Positions 49,853 to 60,531 of a stretch of DNA of 64,000 bases are shown piece by piece (position 1 is the first letter of the stretch; each line of letters starts with the position of its first letter). The stretch comes from a bacterium (GTDB lineage Bacteria > Hinthialibacterota > Hinthialibacteria > Hinthialibacterales > Hinthialibacteraceae), in the NCBI GenBank assembly GCA_963662285.2, contig CAXXMV010000002.1, positions 320,001 through 384,000 of the forward strand, read 5' to 3'. The notes under the pieces are model-generated. The model did not search any database. It saw only the letters and a list, made by a program, of their open reading frames with translations, and was not told the origin of the DNA. A program made the translations under genes and the position numbers.

Positions 49853-51931
49853 CTACTTTCTTTCACCTTCAAGGTATTCACGGCTAAAGAAGTAGATTAG
49901 ACCGTCTTCCGTCCCTAATAAAAGGTCCAGGCTGCCATTATTATCCCAGTCGACAATAGCGGGTGAAGTGGCGTGTCCGCAAAAGGATACACCCTCATCA
50001 TTCTTCAGTAAACTTCTTGCGTGAAGAAAATGACGATCATCTCCAGTGTTCTCATACCATACCGCTACCCGCTCATACTCTGCATAGCCGGGGTCTTCAT
50101 GGTCGCCGGCATTAGTGCAGCCCCGGATAATATCGCGGTCGCCGTCTCCATCCCAATCAGCAACCATCACTCGCATTCGTCCAGCGCGGCCATTCAATCC
50201 ATTGGTTATGCGGATCGGTTTGTTGTCTTTATAAAGGAATTCCCGTTCCGGGTTTTTTACGAATTGCACATTCTCTTTGCCGCATCCCTTATATAAAGCC
50301 AAATATCCTTCGCTCTCTAATGTGATTAGATCGCATACTCCATCGCCATCCCAGTCGGTCACCGCTGGTTGGCAGCGCCATTGAGTAATCAACTCGAAGT
50401 TCTTTGGTTTATGCCACACCCATGGAGGCGTAGGTGAATACCGGCTTCCTTCGGTTGCGCTTACTACAGAAACGCGGATAGGAATCCCGGCTTTTAATTC
50501 ATTGCTGCCTTTGATCCCTTCAAAATATGTGTATTGTCCCCAAATATCAGACAGGATCAAATCAGGTTCTCCATCTTTGTTCCAATCAGCTATTACCGGG
50601 CATGTATAGCCGTAATGCGCTTCATTGGGGCCTTGGATCGAGCCGTTGGCGCCGGCGGTGATGCGTATCGCTTGGCCATTAACGCGTAATGGTTGGCGGT
50701 TTTTGAATTCACTTTTCCTGGCGGAGCCGCTATTCTCAAAAAGCAGTACCTCTCCGTATGAATTGCCGGTAACAATATCAATATCACCGTCTTTATCCCA
50801 GTCAGCGACTGTTATCACGGCTAAACAACCAGCGTCAAGATATGGTTTCTTCTGTTGGACTGTGTTTATATTATTATAAGAGGGCGTAGAATTATTTAGG
50901 CTCTTTGATCCATATAATATTGAGACATTGCCATTCTCCTGCGTAAGAAATAAGTCAGGAATCTTGTCTTCATTCAGATAGCAGGCGGCTGGACGTATGT
51001 AGATTCCGGGAAGGGTATAACCTGAATGAACCAGTACTCTTCGGCCTCTACTCAGTTTAGGATTCTGCTGGTCGCCGATGTTTTCAAAATAGGTCAGATC
51101 ATAATGCCCGCCCACTAATAGATCGAGGTCTCCGTCCTGGTCCCAATCGCTTAGGGTAGGATTTGCTCCACCATAGAGTTCAAGGGGATGCTCTCCTGCT
51201 TGCAGGATTCCCATGTCCACCCAACTGATGGCGCCTTTTTCGTCTATTTTGCCCAGATGCAAACGTAACGTGTTGCGCAGCACGCCGCCTTTCCATATAC
51301 CGTCATCGGTATATGGCGATTCCCCGTTCTTCCATACTGACGCAGTCGGCCAAAAATCCCCCGGCAATTTATCCCCGCATAGCAGGTCTGGAATAGTATC
51401 GTTATTCCAATCGATAATCGCTTGAACTCCTTTGGGGAGCATGGGGATTTCAATTCCCGCGTCGAATTTGAATGTCCCGTTATTCTTATGCCATTTCCCG
51501 TCAATTACCAAGTCGGCCAATCCATCCTGATTACAGTCATAGGCTATCGGCGCTTTATCTACATCAAATAATTTGATTGGCGCAGCAAAAACCAGCTCTG
51601 CATGTTTTGACTTTGGTGAAATGTTTTCATATAAATGAATCCCCCAAAAATTATTCTTCGCTCCGCCGCCTAACGCCGAATGGACGACTATATCCACATC
51701 GCCGTCTTTATCAAAATCGGCGATGGTGACATGCGAGTTGTATCCACCGGAAAATGGACCTTCTTCGTCATCCCACATCAGGGGCGATCCCATACCGCGC
51801 GACGCCTGGGGTCCTGGAACTTGGGCTGAACATAGTGTTGGCAATAGTGTAACTAAGGTTAAGGCGAAAAATGTAAGCCTGCCGGTTGATAGTGAATTAC
51901 ACATTATGGTGACGCCCCCTGAATTTTTCAT
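49853..51931 (-). CDS. Secreted FG-GAP/VCBS repeat (beta-propeller) protein
   Basis: About 9 D[WF]DxDGDxD[LI]-type repeats; signal peptide; start may be ATG 51904. Confidence 0.9.
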   Translation of the reverse strand: MKNSGGVTIMCNSLSTGRLTFFALTLVTLLPTLCSAQVPGPQASRGMGSPLMWDDEEGPFSGGYNSHVTIADFDKDGDVDIVVHSALGGGAKNNFWGIHLYENISPKSKHAELVFAAPIKLFDVDKAPIAYDCNQDGLADLVIDGKWHKNNGTFKFDAGIEIPMLPKGVQAIIDWNNDTIPDLLCGDKLPGDFWPTASVWKNGESPYTDDGIWKGGVLRNTLRLHLGKIDEKGAISWVDMGILQAGEHPLELYGGANPTLSDWDQDGDLDLLVGGHYDLTYFENIGDQQNPKLSRGRRVLVHSGYTLPGIYIRPAACYLNEDKIPDLFLTQENGNVSILYGSKSLNNSTPSYNNINTVQQKKPYLDAGCLAVITVADWDKDGDIDIVTGNSYGEVLLFENSGSARKSEFKNRQPLRVNGQAIRITAGANGSIQGPNEAHYGYTCPVIADWNKDGEPDLILSDIWGQYTYFEGIKGSNELKAGIPIRVSVVSATEGSRYSPTPPWVWHKPKNFELITQWRCQPAVTDWDGDGVCDLITLESEGYLALYKGCGKENVQFVKNPEREFLYKDNKPIRITNGLNGRAGRMRVMVADWDGDGDRDIIRGCTNAGDHEDPGYAEYERVAVWYENTGDDRHFLHARSLLKNDEGVSFCGHATSPAIVDWDNNGSLDLLLGTEDGLIYFFSREYLEGERK

Positions 51932-51992
51932 TATGATGAGTATTGTTTTGAGCGGCTTTTAATAGAAAGGTATTATACGAATTTCCCCAAGT

Positions 51993-52520
51993 TTACATTA
52001 TATCGTCGTCAATTTCAGGATTGTTGAGTAATATCTCATAATCAAATATTGCTTCTTCCTGCCAATGCGTCTCAATGGCGCCAGGCCGACATTGACGGAC
52101 GGTGTTTATCGCATCGCTGGATGAATATCCTTTGGCTACCAGATAACAGGCCGCCATGGTTCCGGTCCGTCCTATACCACCGAGGCAGTGCACTACTACC
52201 GGACGTTTATCTTTGTTGTTCTGCTGCACGAAAGCAACAAATTCTCTAATCTGGCTTTGGGTAGGCGCCGTCATATCCGGTACGGGAATATGCAGATAAT
52301 TCAAATCGGCATGGGTGATAGATTTTTCGGAGAGAGGATATTCCGTCAGCGTTACTATTGCCCCGATGCCATGATCCTTCAACTCTTGCAGTTCTCTCTG
52401 CATCTCTTCCTGCGCCGCCTGATCAGCGTTCTCAAGATAAAGATAAGCCCGTGATGCTGTTGGTAGAGCCATCCCTGCTATTTCATTCTCGATTACCCAA
52501 TAAAAATTGTTTAACATCAT
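51993..52520 (-). CDS. Dual-specificity protein phosphatase
   Basis: VPDMTAP and HCLGGIGRTG (CX5R). Confidence 0.93.
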   Translation of the reverse strand: MMLNNFYWVIENEIAGMALPTASRAYLYLENADQAAQEEMQRELQELKDHGIGAIVTLTEYPLSEKSITHADLNYLHIPVPDMTAPTQSQIREFVAFVQQNNKDKRPVVVHCLGGIGRTGTMAACYLVAKGYSSSDAINTVRQCRPGAIETHWQEEAIFDYEILLNNPEIDDDIM

Positions 52521-52662
52521 TCACTTCCACAAAAATTAAAATAATCACAAAAACATTTATATAGCGGTTAACAACCGTATTGACGCACGTTATTTTGAGC
52601 ATCGCTCTAAATACAATCTCGAAGGGATAAGAAAATTTTCAATTCTTTCCCTCCTCTATTCA

Positions 52663-55600
52663 CTATTCGCTTTGTATAGAATCCAGAATGTAATCAGGAG
52701 TTATCAATTCCTCTAATGCTTGTTGAAACAACTCACGATTCACCAGTAAAATACGGGATGGAATTTCGGCTCTGATTCTGCCTTTCATGCGTTCTCCGTT
52801 GAGGCTCTCTTCCAATCCAAGCAGCGATCCTTCTATTAATGGATCGGTTCTTCCGCCGTCAATAAAAAATCCTTTTCCAAGCAGAAAAACCGCAATATCT
52901 TCAGATATTTCATCTGATTCAAGCCATAGCGACTCTCCATGATTTAAGTTGATATGGCGCGACTCCAGGCAGACTCGCGCACTCAATGAAGGCGGGAATT
53001 CGTTAAATACTACAGCCTGACATAAGGCTTGCAGCCATGAATCTCCTGATTCGGCGTCCTGGATGGCTTTCAAAACGCTTGGCGTATTTTCATTAATGTC
53101 GTTACGGTTGATGCAAAGTAATTGCGTAGGGCTTATCGCTCGTACAGTTGCCGTCCGTTCTGCGCCTGATAAAAATCCGATCTCCCCAACGAAATCCCCT
53201 TCTGATAATACGGCAACTGTTTTGTTGCCGAATGGTCTTTCGATCTCCACCGAAATGTTTCCTGAAACTACGATATACAAAGATTTTTCGCATTTACCTT
53301 GATGAATAAAACGGTCGCCTGATTGGTACATGACTAGTCGGGCTTTTTTGGCGAGATACGGCAGTTCTTCATTCAGATCAACGAAAGTTGGAACCTTCCG
53401 CAGCCATTGGGACGCCTTCTCTATCGACCAATCAGTCAATCTTGGTACTGATACAGATGCAGGCATTAGTTTTACAAATTCTTTGGTTGCATACCAGGGA
53501 GTATTTTGCGCGATTCCCCGTATAATGGCGTTTAAGCCCTTTGACCCGCTTATTCGATTCAGGCGTGAGAAAAAGCGACGCATTGTCTCATCCGTCATCT
53601 CTTTAGGAATTGCGGTTTTGGGATAAAGGTTATACAAGCGTTGCAACGCCCGTAAGCATTCATCGCCTGTTTGGCGCAGGGTCCATTGGCTTTGAATAGG
53701 TTCTCCTGCATCACTCTCTTCAGTCGTCTTGGTTTTGGCTGATTGTCGCAGCAGCAATCCCCCTAATGTCAGCAGCGTCCCCATTGCAACCAAAAAGGGA
53801 CCGGATAACAACATATCTCCTCTGGTTATTCGTATAAGACCGATGTGGATTAATATCGCTCCGCATGATAGCGTTATGGTTGAATAGTTCCTGATGATTC
53901 CTATCCAACAGCTGCACAAGCACATTACTACAAATAATGCTGATACGAGGATTCGACTGATCATTTCAACGGTAGAATCGGAAGCGGGAAGCCAATACGC
54001 AGCGCCAAGACATAATATAATCACCCCGATGGTACATGCGATCTTAAAGCCTATTATATCTAGTATTTTTCCGGGGGATTTAAATAAAAATCCATAAATC
54101 ATCGTCCAATAAACTATCCACGCTGCCAGTAATATAGTATGCAAACGGATGCATGCCTGATATAGCCAGGGCTCTTGTCCAGGCGCTTGCTGCTCAATGC
54201 CTATTATTTCTAGATGACCTATGTTGAATGAACCTGTTATTGATTGTATAAATAACAGGATTCCACATAACAATGGCAGTAGATGAATAAGCGGTTCGTA
54301 TCCATTGCCGTCTGAATGCCAGCTAATAGCCGATGCAACTATCAATATAACGCCGCATAATATCATAGGCATTTGCAATGCAATGATTGATCCGGGCGTC
54401 ATGGTCCAGAAAAACTGAACCAGACAGATAAAACCGGCGGCCATTACCAGACCGACAATTGCATAATCTTTTTGCGGCCAATAGCGATGATGAATCTCTC
54501 GAACTATATCTCTCCCCAGCCATAGGAAAAAAGATATCATGGTTGTCAGTAAAGCCGTAGCGAATACTCCTACAATAATGAACAGCAATATCAATACAAG
54601 AGAGTTTTCTTCTTTAACAAAGTGGGTAACCAGCACTGGCAGTTTCCATCGCACCGCCAAAGCAGCTAATCTGAGAAAAACCAGACTGCTGACCAGCGTC
54701 CATCCTCCCCACGCAATAAACAGTAATTCATGTGGATCGCCATGTAATTTTGTGTGGATCAGGTAATGAAACGACCGGCGTAAGGATCGAGTCATCAATC
54801 CCATAATCGATTTCTGACGTAAGCGCAGCATGATCTCGCGTGATAGCAATGTGCAGTTCCAGGGCGCGAGCAGAATAAAAGCGCTAAACCATAGCGTGGC
54901 GGTGATATGAAAAAGTCCCTCTTGCCTGGCGCCAATGCTTAATCCTGCCAATGAAATAAATAATGAGGATAGAAACAGCAATACGATAATAGGAGAAGCA
55001 GCGTTATGCAGCGCCTGCCGCGTGGTCAATCCGCGCAGACGTCTGCCATCTAACCTGAATATGGGGAGGGCGTATCGATAATCGGCTATGCACTCAACCG
55101 GTGCGTTATGCGTTGCTCGAAGCACCATCGCTCCAAACCATAACGCCGTCAGCGTCCCCCCCATCATTGATAATACCACCACCAGTACGGCCATAGCCGT
55201 TGAATCCGCAATCAAAAACGGATCGACCTGATTAAACAATTCCCAATTGCTCCAAATACCCAAACCAAGCATGGCTATGGCGAAAATATGAAATATTGGG
55301 GATATCAATATTTTGCCGATGTTCTTCTCGAAACTTCCTAGAAGAGCCACCAGCCGGAATGGCGCTTTCCATGCTTTCGGTCTGCCCCAATACCCCCAGC
55401 CATTAATTTTTGTTTCGATTTCCCATGGGCTGTTTTCAAAAAATCCGTAGCGGTATAAATCCCAAAAAAGTTGACGGAAAGTGGCTAGAGATGCGATGCG
55501 GCCTTGAATCACATGCTGAAGAATCTCCGCCATAGTACGCTGGCCATCAATCAACTCGATTATCCGCTTCTCCGTATAGGAAACGCCCATGGCTGCGCCA

Positions 55601-55704
55601 TTATCCATATTGTGAAGGATCATCTCTTTTGGATGATCTTCTGACGGAGAGTAACTATGTTCTATTAAACGGGGTTGGCGTGATAACACGTTTTGCGAAA
55701 TCAT
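52663..55704 (-). CDS. Polytopic membrane protein with M50-like N-terminal region and C-terminal cNMP-binding domains
   Basis: LIDGQRTMAEI N-terminal domain; many TMs; FIHQG...LYIVVSG...GDFVGEIGFL...RTATVRA, then a second degenerate cNMP domain. Confidence 0.75.
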   Translation of the reverse strand: MISQNVLSRQPRLIEHSYSPSEDHPKEMILHNMDNGAAMGVSYTEKRIIELIDGQRTMAEILQHVIQGRIASLATFRQLFWDLYRYGFFENSPWEIETKINGWGYWGRPKAWKAPFRLVALLGSFEKNIGKILISPIFHIFAIAMLGLGIWSNWELFNQVDPFLIADSTAMAVLVVVLSMMGGTLTALWFGAMVLRATHNAPVECIADYRYALPIFRLDGRRLRGLTTRQALHNAASPIIVLLFLSSLFISLAGLSIGARQEGLFHITATLWFSAFILLAPWNCTLLSREIMLRLRQKSIMGLMTRSLRRSFHYLIHTKLHGDPHELLFIAWGGWTLVSSLVFLRLAALAVRWKLPVLVTHFVKEENSLVLILLFIIVGVFATALLTTMISFFLWLGRDIVREIHHRYWPQKDYAIVGLVMAAGFICLVQFFWTMTPGSIIALQMPMILCGVILIVASAISWHSDGNGYEPLIHLLPLLCGILLFIQSITGSFNIGHLEIIGIEQQAPGQEPWLYQACIRLHTILLAAWIVYWTMIYGFLFKSPGKILDIIGFKIACTIGVIILCLGAAYWLPASDSTVEMISRILVSALFVVMCLCSCWIGIIRNYSTITLSCGAILIHIGLIRITRGDMLLSGPFLVAMGTLLTLGGLLLRQSAKTKTTEESDAGEPIQSQWTLRQTGDECLRALQRLYNLYPKTAIPKEMTDETMRRFFSRLNRISGSKGLNAIIRGIAQNTPWYATKEFVKLMPASVSVPRLTDWSIEKASQWLRKVPTFVDLNEELPYLAKKARLVMYQSGDRFIHQGKCEKSLYIVVSGNISVEIERPFGNKTVAVLSEGDFVGEIGFLSGAERTATVRAISPTQLLCINRNDINENTPSVLKAIQDAESGDSWLQALCQAVVFNEFPPSLSARVCLESRHINLNHGESLWLESDEISEDIAVFLLGKGFFIDGGRTDPLIEGSLLGLEESLNGERMKGRIRAEIPSRILLVNRELFQQALEELITPDYILDSIQSE

Positions 55705-55738
55705 TGATTATCCGGTTCCTGCTAATGCTAGATATCTC

Positions 55739-56200
55739 TTATCTGCTGCTTTTTGTTGCTCGTCTACGAGTATCGGGCGATATTATTGAATTAGTTTTTC
55801 CAGTTAGATTGTTCAGTACGCTCTCCGGGTAGGGATGGCCAAAATCGTCTTTGGTCTGCTGTTTCATGTCAGGGCCAAAGCATAATATTTCAAATTTGAT
55901 GGCAAAAAACCAATATGATTTTCCCCAAGGATCAATTAATACTTTCTCCAGAGGGGAGTCGAATTCTTGTCTTAAAAATGCGCATAATTCCTGCTGGTTC
56001 ATTGGATAGCGGTTGTGTAGGGAGCGATATTCGGTCAATTTGCCATGTAGTTGGTTCATTTGGGCGTATGCCGCCTTGATCTTTACGCTGTCGAATGTAC
56101 CCATCAACACATCTTTCATCGAACCGGAAGCGAACGAGATCACTGCAGTTATTACCGCAAACTTAACTAAGAGAGATAGCGCATTCATCAGTTTCGCCAT
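55739..56200 (-). CDS. GspG/T2SSG-like pseudopilin domain protein
   Basis: Y...RYP...DPWGKSY...GPD....DD; no canonical G|FTLIE leader. Confidence 0.7.
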   Translation of the reverse strand: MAKLMNALSLLVKFAVITAVISFASGSMKDVLMGTFDSVKIKAAYAQMNQLHGKLTEYRSLHNRYPMNQQELCAFLRQEFDSPLEKVLIDPWGKSYWFFAIKFEILCFGPDMKQQTKDDFGHPYPESVLNNLTGKTNSIISPDTRRRATKSSR

Positions 56201-56319
56201 TTCTACAGATTTTGGTGATACGGTATTTCCTGTATCGCTTTATGGATAAATCAGACTTATAGACTACTCTATCATATTATATAGTTGATAATCAATCATT
56301 CATGTCGCACTTTTTTTCT

Positions 56320-58104
56320 TCAAGAGCTGTTCTCGAATATAATCGGCAGTCTCTCGCTATATATATCTTCTCTCAGTGTCTTTGCTTGGCCAGCTTTTGC
56401 GATTTCCATACGTTGATCGGGATGCGCCAAATAATAATCCGTCTTTTCAGCAAGTTCTTTGGGGTCGCGGAAAACGTCCAATTCTTCACCAATTTTATAT
56501 CTCTCTTCAATAAATGGACGATATTCGGTCAACAGAAAGCCGCCGCAGGCCATAACATCAAACATCCTTATGGTTGGCGAGTTCATGCATTGAACATTGA
56601 ATATATTAAGGTTGATCTTTGATCGGTTATAAATCCAAGGCGTTTCATGCATGAAATCAAGTGATCTTCCCGAATATAAACCCGTGAGCGGACCTACAAG
56701 CGCTTTCATTGTCCAGCCAGCATCTCCATAGATCGAAAGTGGCTTATTCATCAAAGCTTTCAGATATTCGTTTCGTATATAAAAAGTGGTCAGATCTTCA
56801 ATCAATGCCAGTCGCGCCGGTTCAGGTAGACCACTGATAGGAGGTTTTAATTGTTTAATCTCGTCATATTGAAATATCTCGCTTTTTCGGATCCTTTCGC
56901 AAATAAGGTTTTCAAAGGCCTGCATCGGTGGATTTTTATTAGATAACCATTTAAGAAAGCGCTCATCAAAGCGTTGCAAACCTGTTGATCCGACGAAAGT
57001 TATATCCATCTCTGCGGGCGGATTCGACGGCGCCGGGCCTTGCAATCCATGGCTGAATGTCGCCGCCGCCGCTAAATATTGCACAGGTTTATCAAGCCTT
57101 TTCCCCAATTCCATCGCCAGGATGGGATCAAAGCAATAAATTCGATCCAGATCGCTTAAAAAAGAGTCTTTTAGATCAAACCGGAAAGGATCGTCATAAA
57201 ACCACAGCAGGCGCTCTATACCATGATCTTTTATTCTCTCCCACTCAATATCTTGAAATACGTTAGGAGAAAAAGCCAGCAGCGACTTTGGCAGTGGATA
57301 TCCAACCGTCTCCCATATTGGAATATCGCTTCCCATTAATGATGTGATTGCGCTGCGTCGCTTGATCTCTCTTATAGCCAGATTGACCTGCCTGGCTTGC
57401 TCTGATAATGTCACTGATAATTCTTTATGTACTTCGGAAGTAGCAATGCAATATGTCGATGCATCCTGTTTGAGCGATTCTTTTTTCAATAGGCTAGTTT
57501 TTATAAAAGATGCGTGGCTTTTATCTGCAATATTTTTTAATTCTAATATAATCTTTTGCTCATTTTCGAACAGATTTCGACCTGCAATTATTTGATAATC
57601 ATTTTTGAGTAATGATCCATGATTTTTGAGAGTTTTTTTAACTGTTTCAATGGCATCGTCGCCAGCCAGGATATGTAAATTGGATGATTTCAGCGCCTCT
57701 CGCCAATCGCAGGTTTGCAACGCCAGAAAAAGGATATCGTAGTCCGGCTCAACCAGAATTATTTTTCTTGTTCTTAAAAATATCTCCAGAGCGCATGGCG
57801 CATATCCCAGTCCACTTGAGAAAAGAATCACTAAGCCCATTTGTCCGGTTACATTTTTTTTTATGTCTTCTATGGCTTTATTTTTTGGATGGATTTTATC
57901 ATGCAGATAAACTGTTTTTCCATCAACTTGTTTCACTAATGATAGTTGTCCGGATGGGCAGATAACCGTTTGGTATTTAGGAAATTCTCCCCGTTTTCGC
58001 TGTTCCTGCAAATAATACAACAATCCCTTCGCTGCATCTGGGTGATGCTGTTGCAGTAGATTAAGATTTTCTTGAGCGAATATTTGGGTTGCGTCCATCG
58101 TCAA
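56320..58104 (-). CDS. CgeB-family glycosyltransferase with Maf/DUF115-like N-terminus
   Basis: YLH.K..P..A, GLGY, LVEPD; WFYDDP, FVGS, SKINLN, RMFDVMACGGFLLT. Confidence 0.82.
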   Translation of the reverse strand: MTMDATQIFAQENLNLLQQHHPDAAKGLLYYLQEQRKRGEFPKYQTVICPSGQLSLVKQVDGKTVYLHDKIHPKNKAIEDIKKNVTGQMGLVILFSSGLGYAPCALEIFLRTRKIILVEPDYDILFLALQTCDWREALKSSNLHILAGDDAIETVKKTLKNHGSLLKNDYQIIAGRNLFENEQKIILELKNIADKSHASFIKTSLLKKESLKQDASTYCIATSEVHKELSVTLSEQARQVNLAIREIKRRSAITSLMGSDIPIWETVGYPLPKSLLAFSPNVFQDIEWERIKDHGIERLLWFYDDPFRFDLKDSFLSDLDRIYCFDPILAMELGKRLDKPVQYLAAAATFSHGLQGPAPSNPPAEMDITFVGSTGLQRFDERFLKWLSNKNPPMQAFENLICERIRKSEIFQYDEIKQLKPPISGLPEPARLALIEDLTTFYIRNEYLKALMNKPLSIYGDAGWTMKALVGPLTGLYSGRSLDFMHETPWIYNRSKINLNIFNVQCMNSPTIRMFDVMACGGFLLTEYRPFIEERYKIGEELDVFRDPKELAEKTDYYLAHPDQRMEIAKAGQAKTLREDIYSERLPIIFENSS

Positions 58105-58323
58105 TATATGAAATGCGTTAGAGTGATTTGTATAATAAAAGCCTGATTCACGTTTATAAAATATCAGTAATGTTAATAATCTGTCATCTTAACATACCAT
58201 TGATGCAAATAAACTAGTGAAAACAAGATTGCTCTAATTTAATTGCTCATAGCAATTATCTAAGTTCTGAAATAAATTTGATTTATTTACCTTTTTGATA
58301 AGGCTGAAAGTAGGGGAAAATAA

Positions 58324-60045
58324 ATGACTTCAAAAGTAATCTCTCTGTGGCGCTCATGCCCTGCATTAATCAATAATCCTATCCTTGTAAGAGAATTCTG
58401 GACTCGCCTGCGTAAAAAAGGTTCTTTTGCATCGCTGCTTATTCTTCTTCTTTTCGCATCCCTGATATTTCTATCCTGGTGGAGCATACTAACCAAAGGC
58501 AATCAGCCTGCGGGTTTGCCTGCAGAGCAGATGAATCTGATGATCTTTATGCAACTGGTCATGCAGGCCAAATTTGTAGCCATAATTATCATTGTTTTCA
58601 TCACTGCTTCGGCCATAAATCAGGAAACCCGCGAGCACTCCTGGGATCTATTACGAACTACTCCGATTAACCTATCCAGCATTATTTTAGCCAAACTACT
58701 CGCTCCAGTAGTATTTATATGGTTCATGTTGTTCGCCTTAAATCCATTTTACGCCATGCTCACCATTGGCGGTTCCATCGCCCCAAGCGACCTTGTAAAT
58801 GCATTCATTAATATTACCGAAACTCTCTTGATCGCTGGTTTGATTGGTCTCTATAACTCATCCAGAAATAAATCCGCCGTTCGCGCCATATCAAATACTC
58901 TCGTGACTCTATTTCTGCTTTATTTAGTAATCCCGCAATTATCGACGTTAGTTATGGCATTTCGGTGGACTTCTTTCGCATCATATTTTCGTTATTTACA
59001 ATATATTTCTCCCGGTTTTTTGACCATATATGCGTTTAATCCAGCGGGTGGTTTAAGTAATGCGCTAACCGAAGCGATAATCTTTCATAGTTGTTTTACT
59101 TTCTTAATCGTTTATTTCTTTTCGCGGGGATTGGTAAGAAATATCCGGCTTAATGCCGATCAGGGTGATGAACAGCCCAAAAAGAGAGGCAATCCGTTTT
59201 TTAGTTTTGGTTCAAAAAAAGGCGGCGATTCTACTGCATCTTTGACTTTCCCCGATTGGTGCAACCCGGTTTGGATGAAGGACAAATATGAAATCGTTGA
59301 CCGCTATTCTACTAAATCATATATGGAATTAATATATTTGGTCATGGCGGGTATATTCTTGATGGCTTGCTTTTGCGGGCTTTTTCAGGGGAAAATGAAT
59401 TTTAATGCTTACCACTACATGGCTATCATCCCAATTTTACTCACGCCATTCTTGATTCTGCCTTATGCCGCCAACTCGTTTCGCAGCGAAATGGACGCCA
59501 ATACCTGGTGCTTGCTGGTTTCCAGTCCCATGCCGGACGCCAAAATATCCTGGGGTAAATGTCAGGCGGGTATGTATTTTTTCGTTCGACGCTACTGGGC
59601 GCTTTTTGGCCCTTGGATTATCTGCGGCATCATTGGATCTCGTCTGCTTAAAGATAATCAAGTCAGTTGTATTTTATATACTGTGGTATTAAGCCATGTT
59701 TCCGCCTTCTTCTTCCTCTCTGTTGGCATGATTGCATCAATAATTGCCCGTAAAACCATCTCCGCCTATATAATATCTTTCCTTCTGATAATTTTTCTAC
59801 TATTTGGAATGCCATATCTAAGTCTTCTGTTGGGCTTTGGTAATCAAATAAATAGTAATCCTGTAGTAATGATTGCTTCTCCATTCTATCTTGTTGCTGG
59901 CAGCGTTTTTTCGCAGAAACTTGGCAACCTCAGCCAATACGTCCCCTTCCAAATCGTCTGGATGGTGGGCGCCTCAATGCTGCTTCAGTTGTGTATAACA
60001 AAAATAATCCCTACCCGCATCCAAACCGGAGGCAAATTCAGCTGA
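58324..60045 (+). CDS. ABC-2 type permease with duplicated domain
   Basis: NPILVREF...E.RE.SWDLLRTTP...AKL, repeated as NPVWMKD...EMDANTWCLL.SP...GK. Confidence 0.8.
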   Translation: MTSKVISLWRSCPALINNPILVREFWTRLRKKGSFASLLILLLFASLIFLSWWSILTKGNQPAGLPAEQMNLMIFMQLVMQAKFVAIIIIVFITASAINQETREHSWDLLRTTPINLSSIILAKLLAPVVFIWFMLFALNPFYAMLTIGGSIAPSDLVNAFINITETLLIAGLIGLYNSSRNKSAVRAISNTLVTLFLLYLVIPQLSTLVMAFRWTSFASYFRYLQYISPGFLTIYAFNPAGGLSNALTEAIIFHSCFTFLIVYFFSRGLVRNIRLNADQGDEQPKKRGNPFFSFGSKKGGDSTASLTFPDWCNPVWMKDKYEIVDRYSTKSYMELIYLVMAGIFLMACFCGLFQGKMNFNAYHYMAIIPILLTPFLILPYAANSFRSEMDANTWCLLVSSPMPDAKISWGKCQAGMYFFVRRYWALFGPWIICGIIGSRLLKDNQVSCILYTVVLSHVSAFFFLSVGMIASIIARKTISAYIISFLLIIFLLFGMPYLSLLLGFGNQINSNPVVMIASPFYLVAGSVFSQKLGNLSQYVPFQIVWMVGASMLLQLCITKIIPTRIQTGGKFS

Positions 60046-60214
60046 TTGGAACATCCTAATGATGACTGATCCGGTCATTCATTCCAAGACTTGGATTTTA
60101 TTATATGACAATATCGATAAACATTGTAAAGATATAAAAGGCAAGCAGAAGAAAAGCATGAAAATCTTGAAGTTTTTCTATTCGATTTGAAAATCATACA
60201 GATTTTTTCAATTT

Positions 60215-60376
60215 TAATCCACAACTTATACACATGCTGTTGATGATTAATTAACAGTTGATAAAATCTTGAAAAAAGTGAAATAGCGCCGAATTTACAG
60301 GTTTTTATTCAAAATCAATGTTTTGGCACGAACTTTTATTCAGGTAAATATTAATTCTTCTCCACAGGGTGAATAT
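60215..60376. promoter_or_regulatory. DnaA-box cluster with consensus IHF site
   Basis: TAATCCACA 60215, TTATACACA 60226, TTCTCCACA 60358, weaker reverse boxes 60238, 60256, 60368; AATCAATGTTTTG 60313-60325 matches WATCAANNNNTTR. Confidence 0.6.
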
Positions 60377-60531
60377 TCCAAGAGGTGTGATTTTGGAATT
60401 ACTTAAGGAATAATATGATTAATATAATGTATTGATATTAGAAACAATTAACTGCTTTTATTCTGTTGGAGTTTTTGTGGTTAATTATAAGTTTAAGTGT
60501 GTTGAAAGCATAAGATTTATCCCAAATCTCT

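Noticed and set aside
60323-60340. TTGGCACG as a sigma54 promoter
   Set aside because: The -12 position reads TTTAT, there is no downstream plus-strand ORF, and it overlaps the IHF-consensus site
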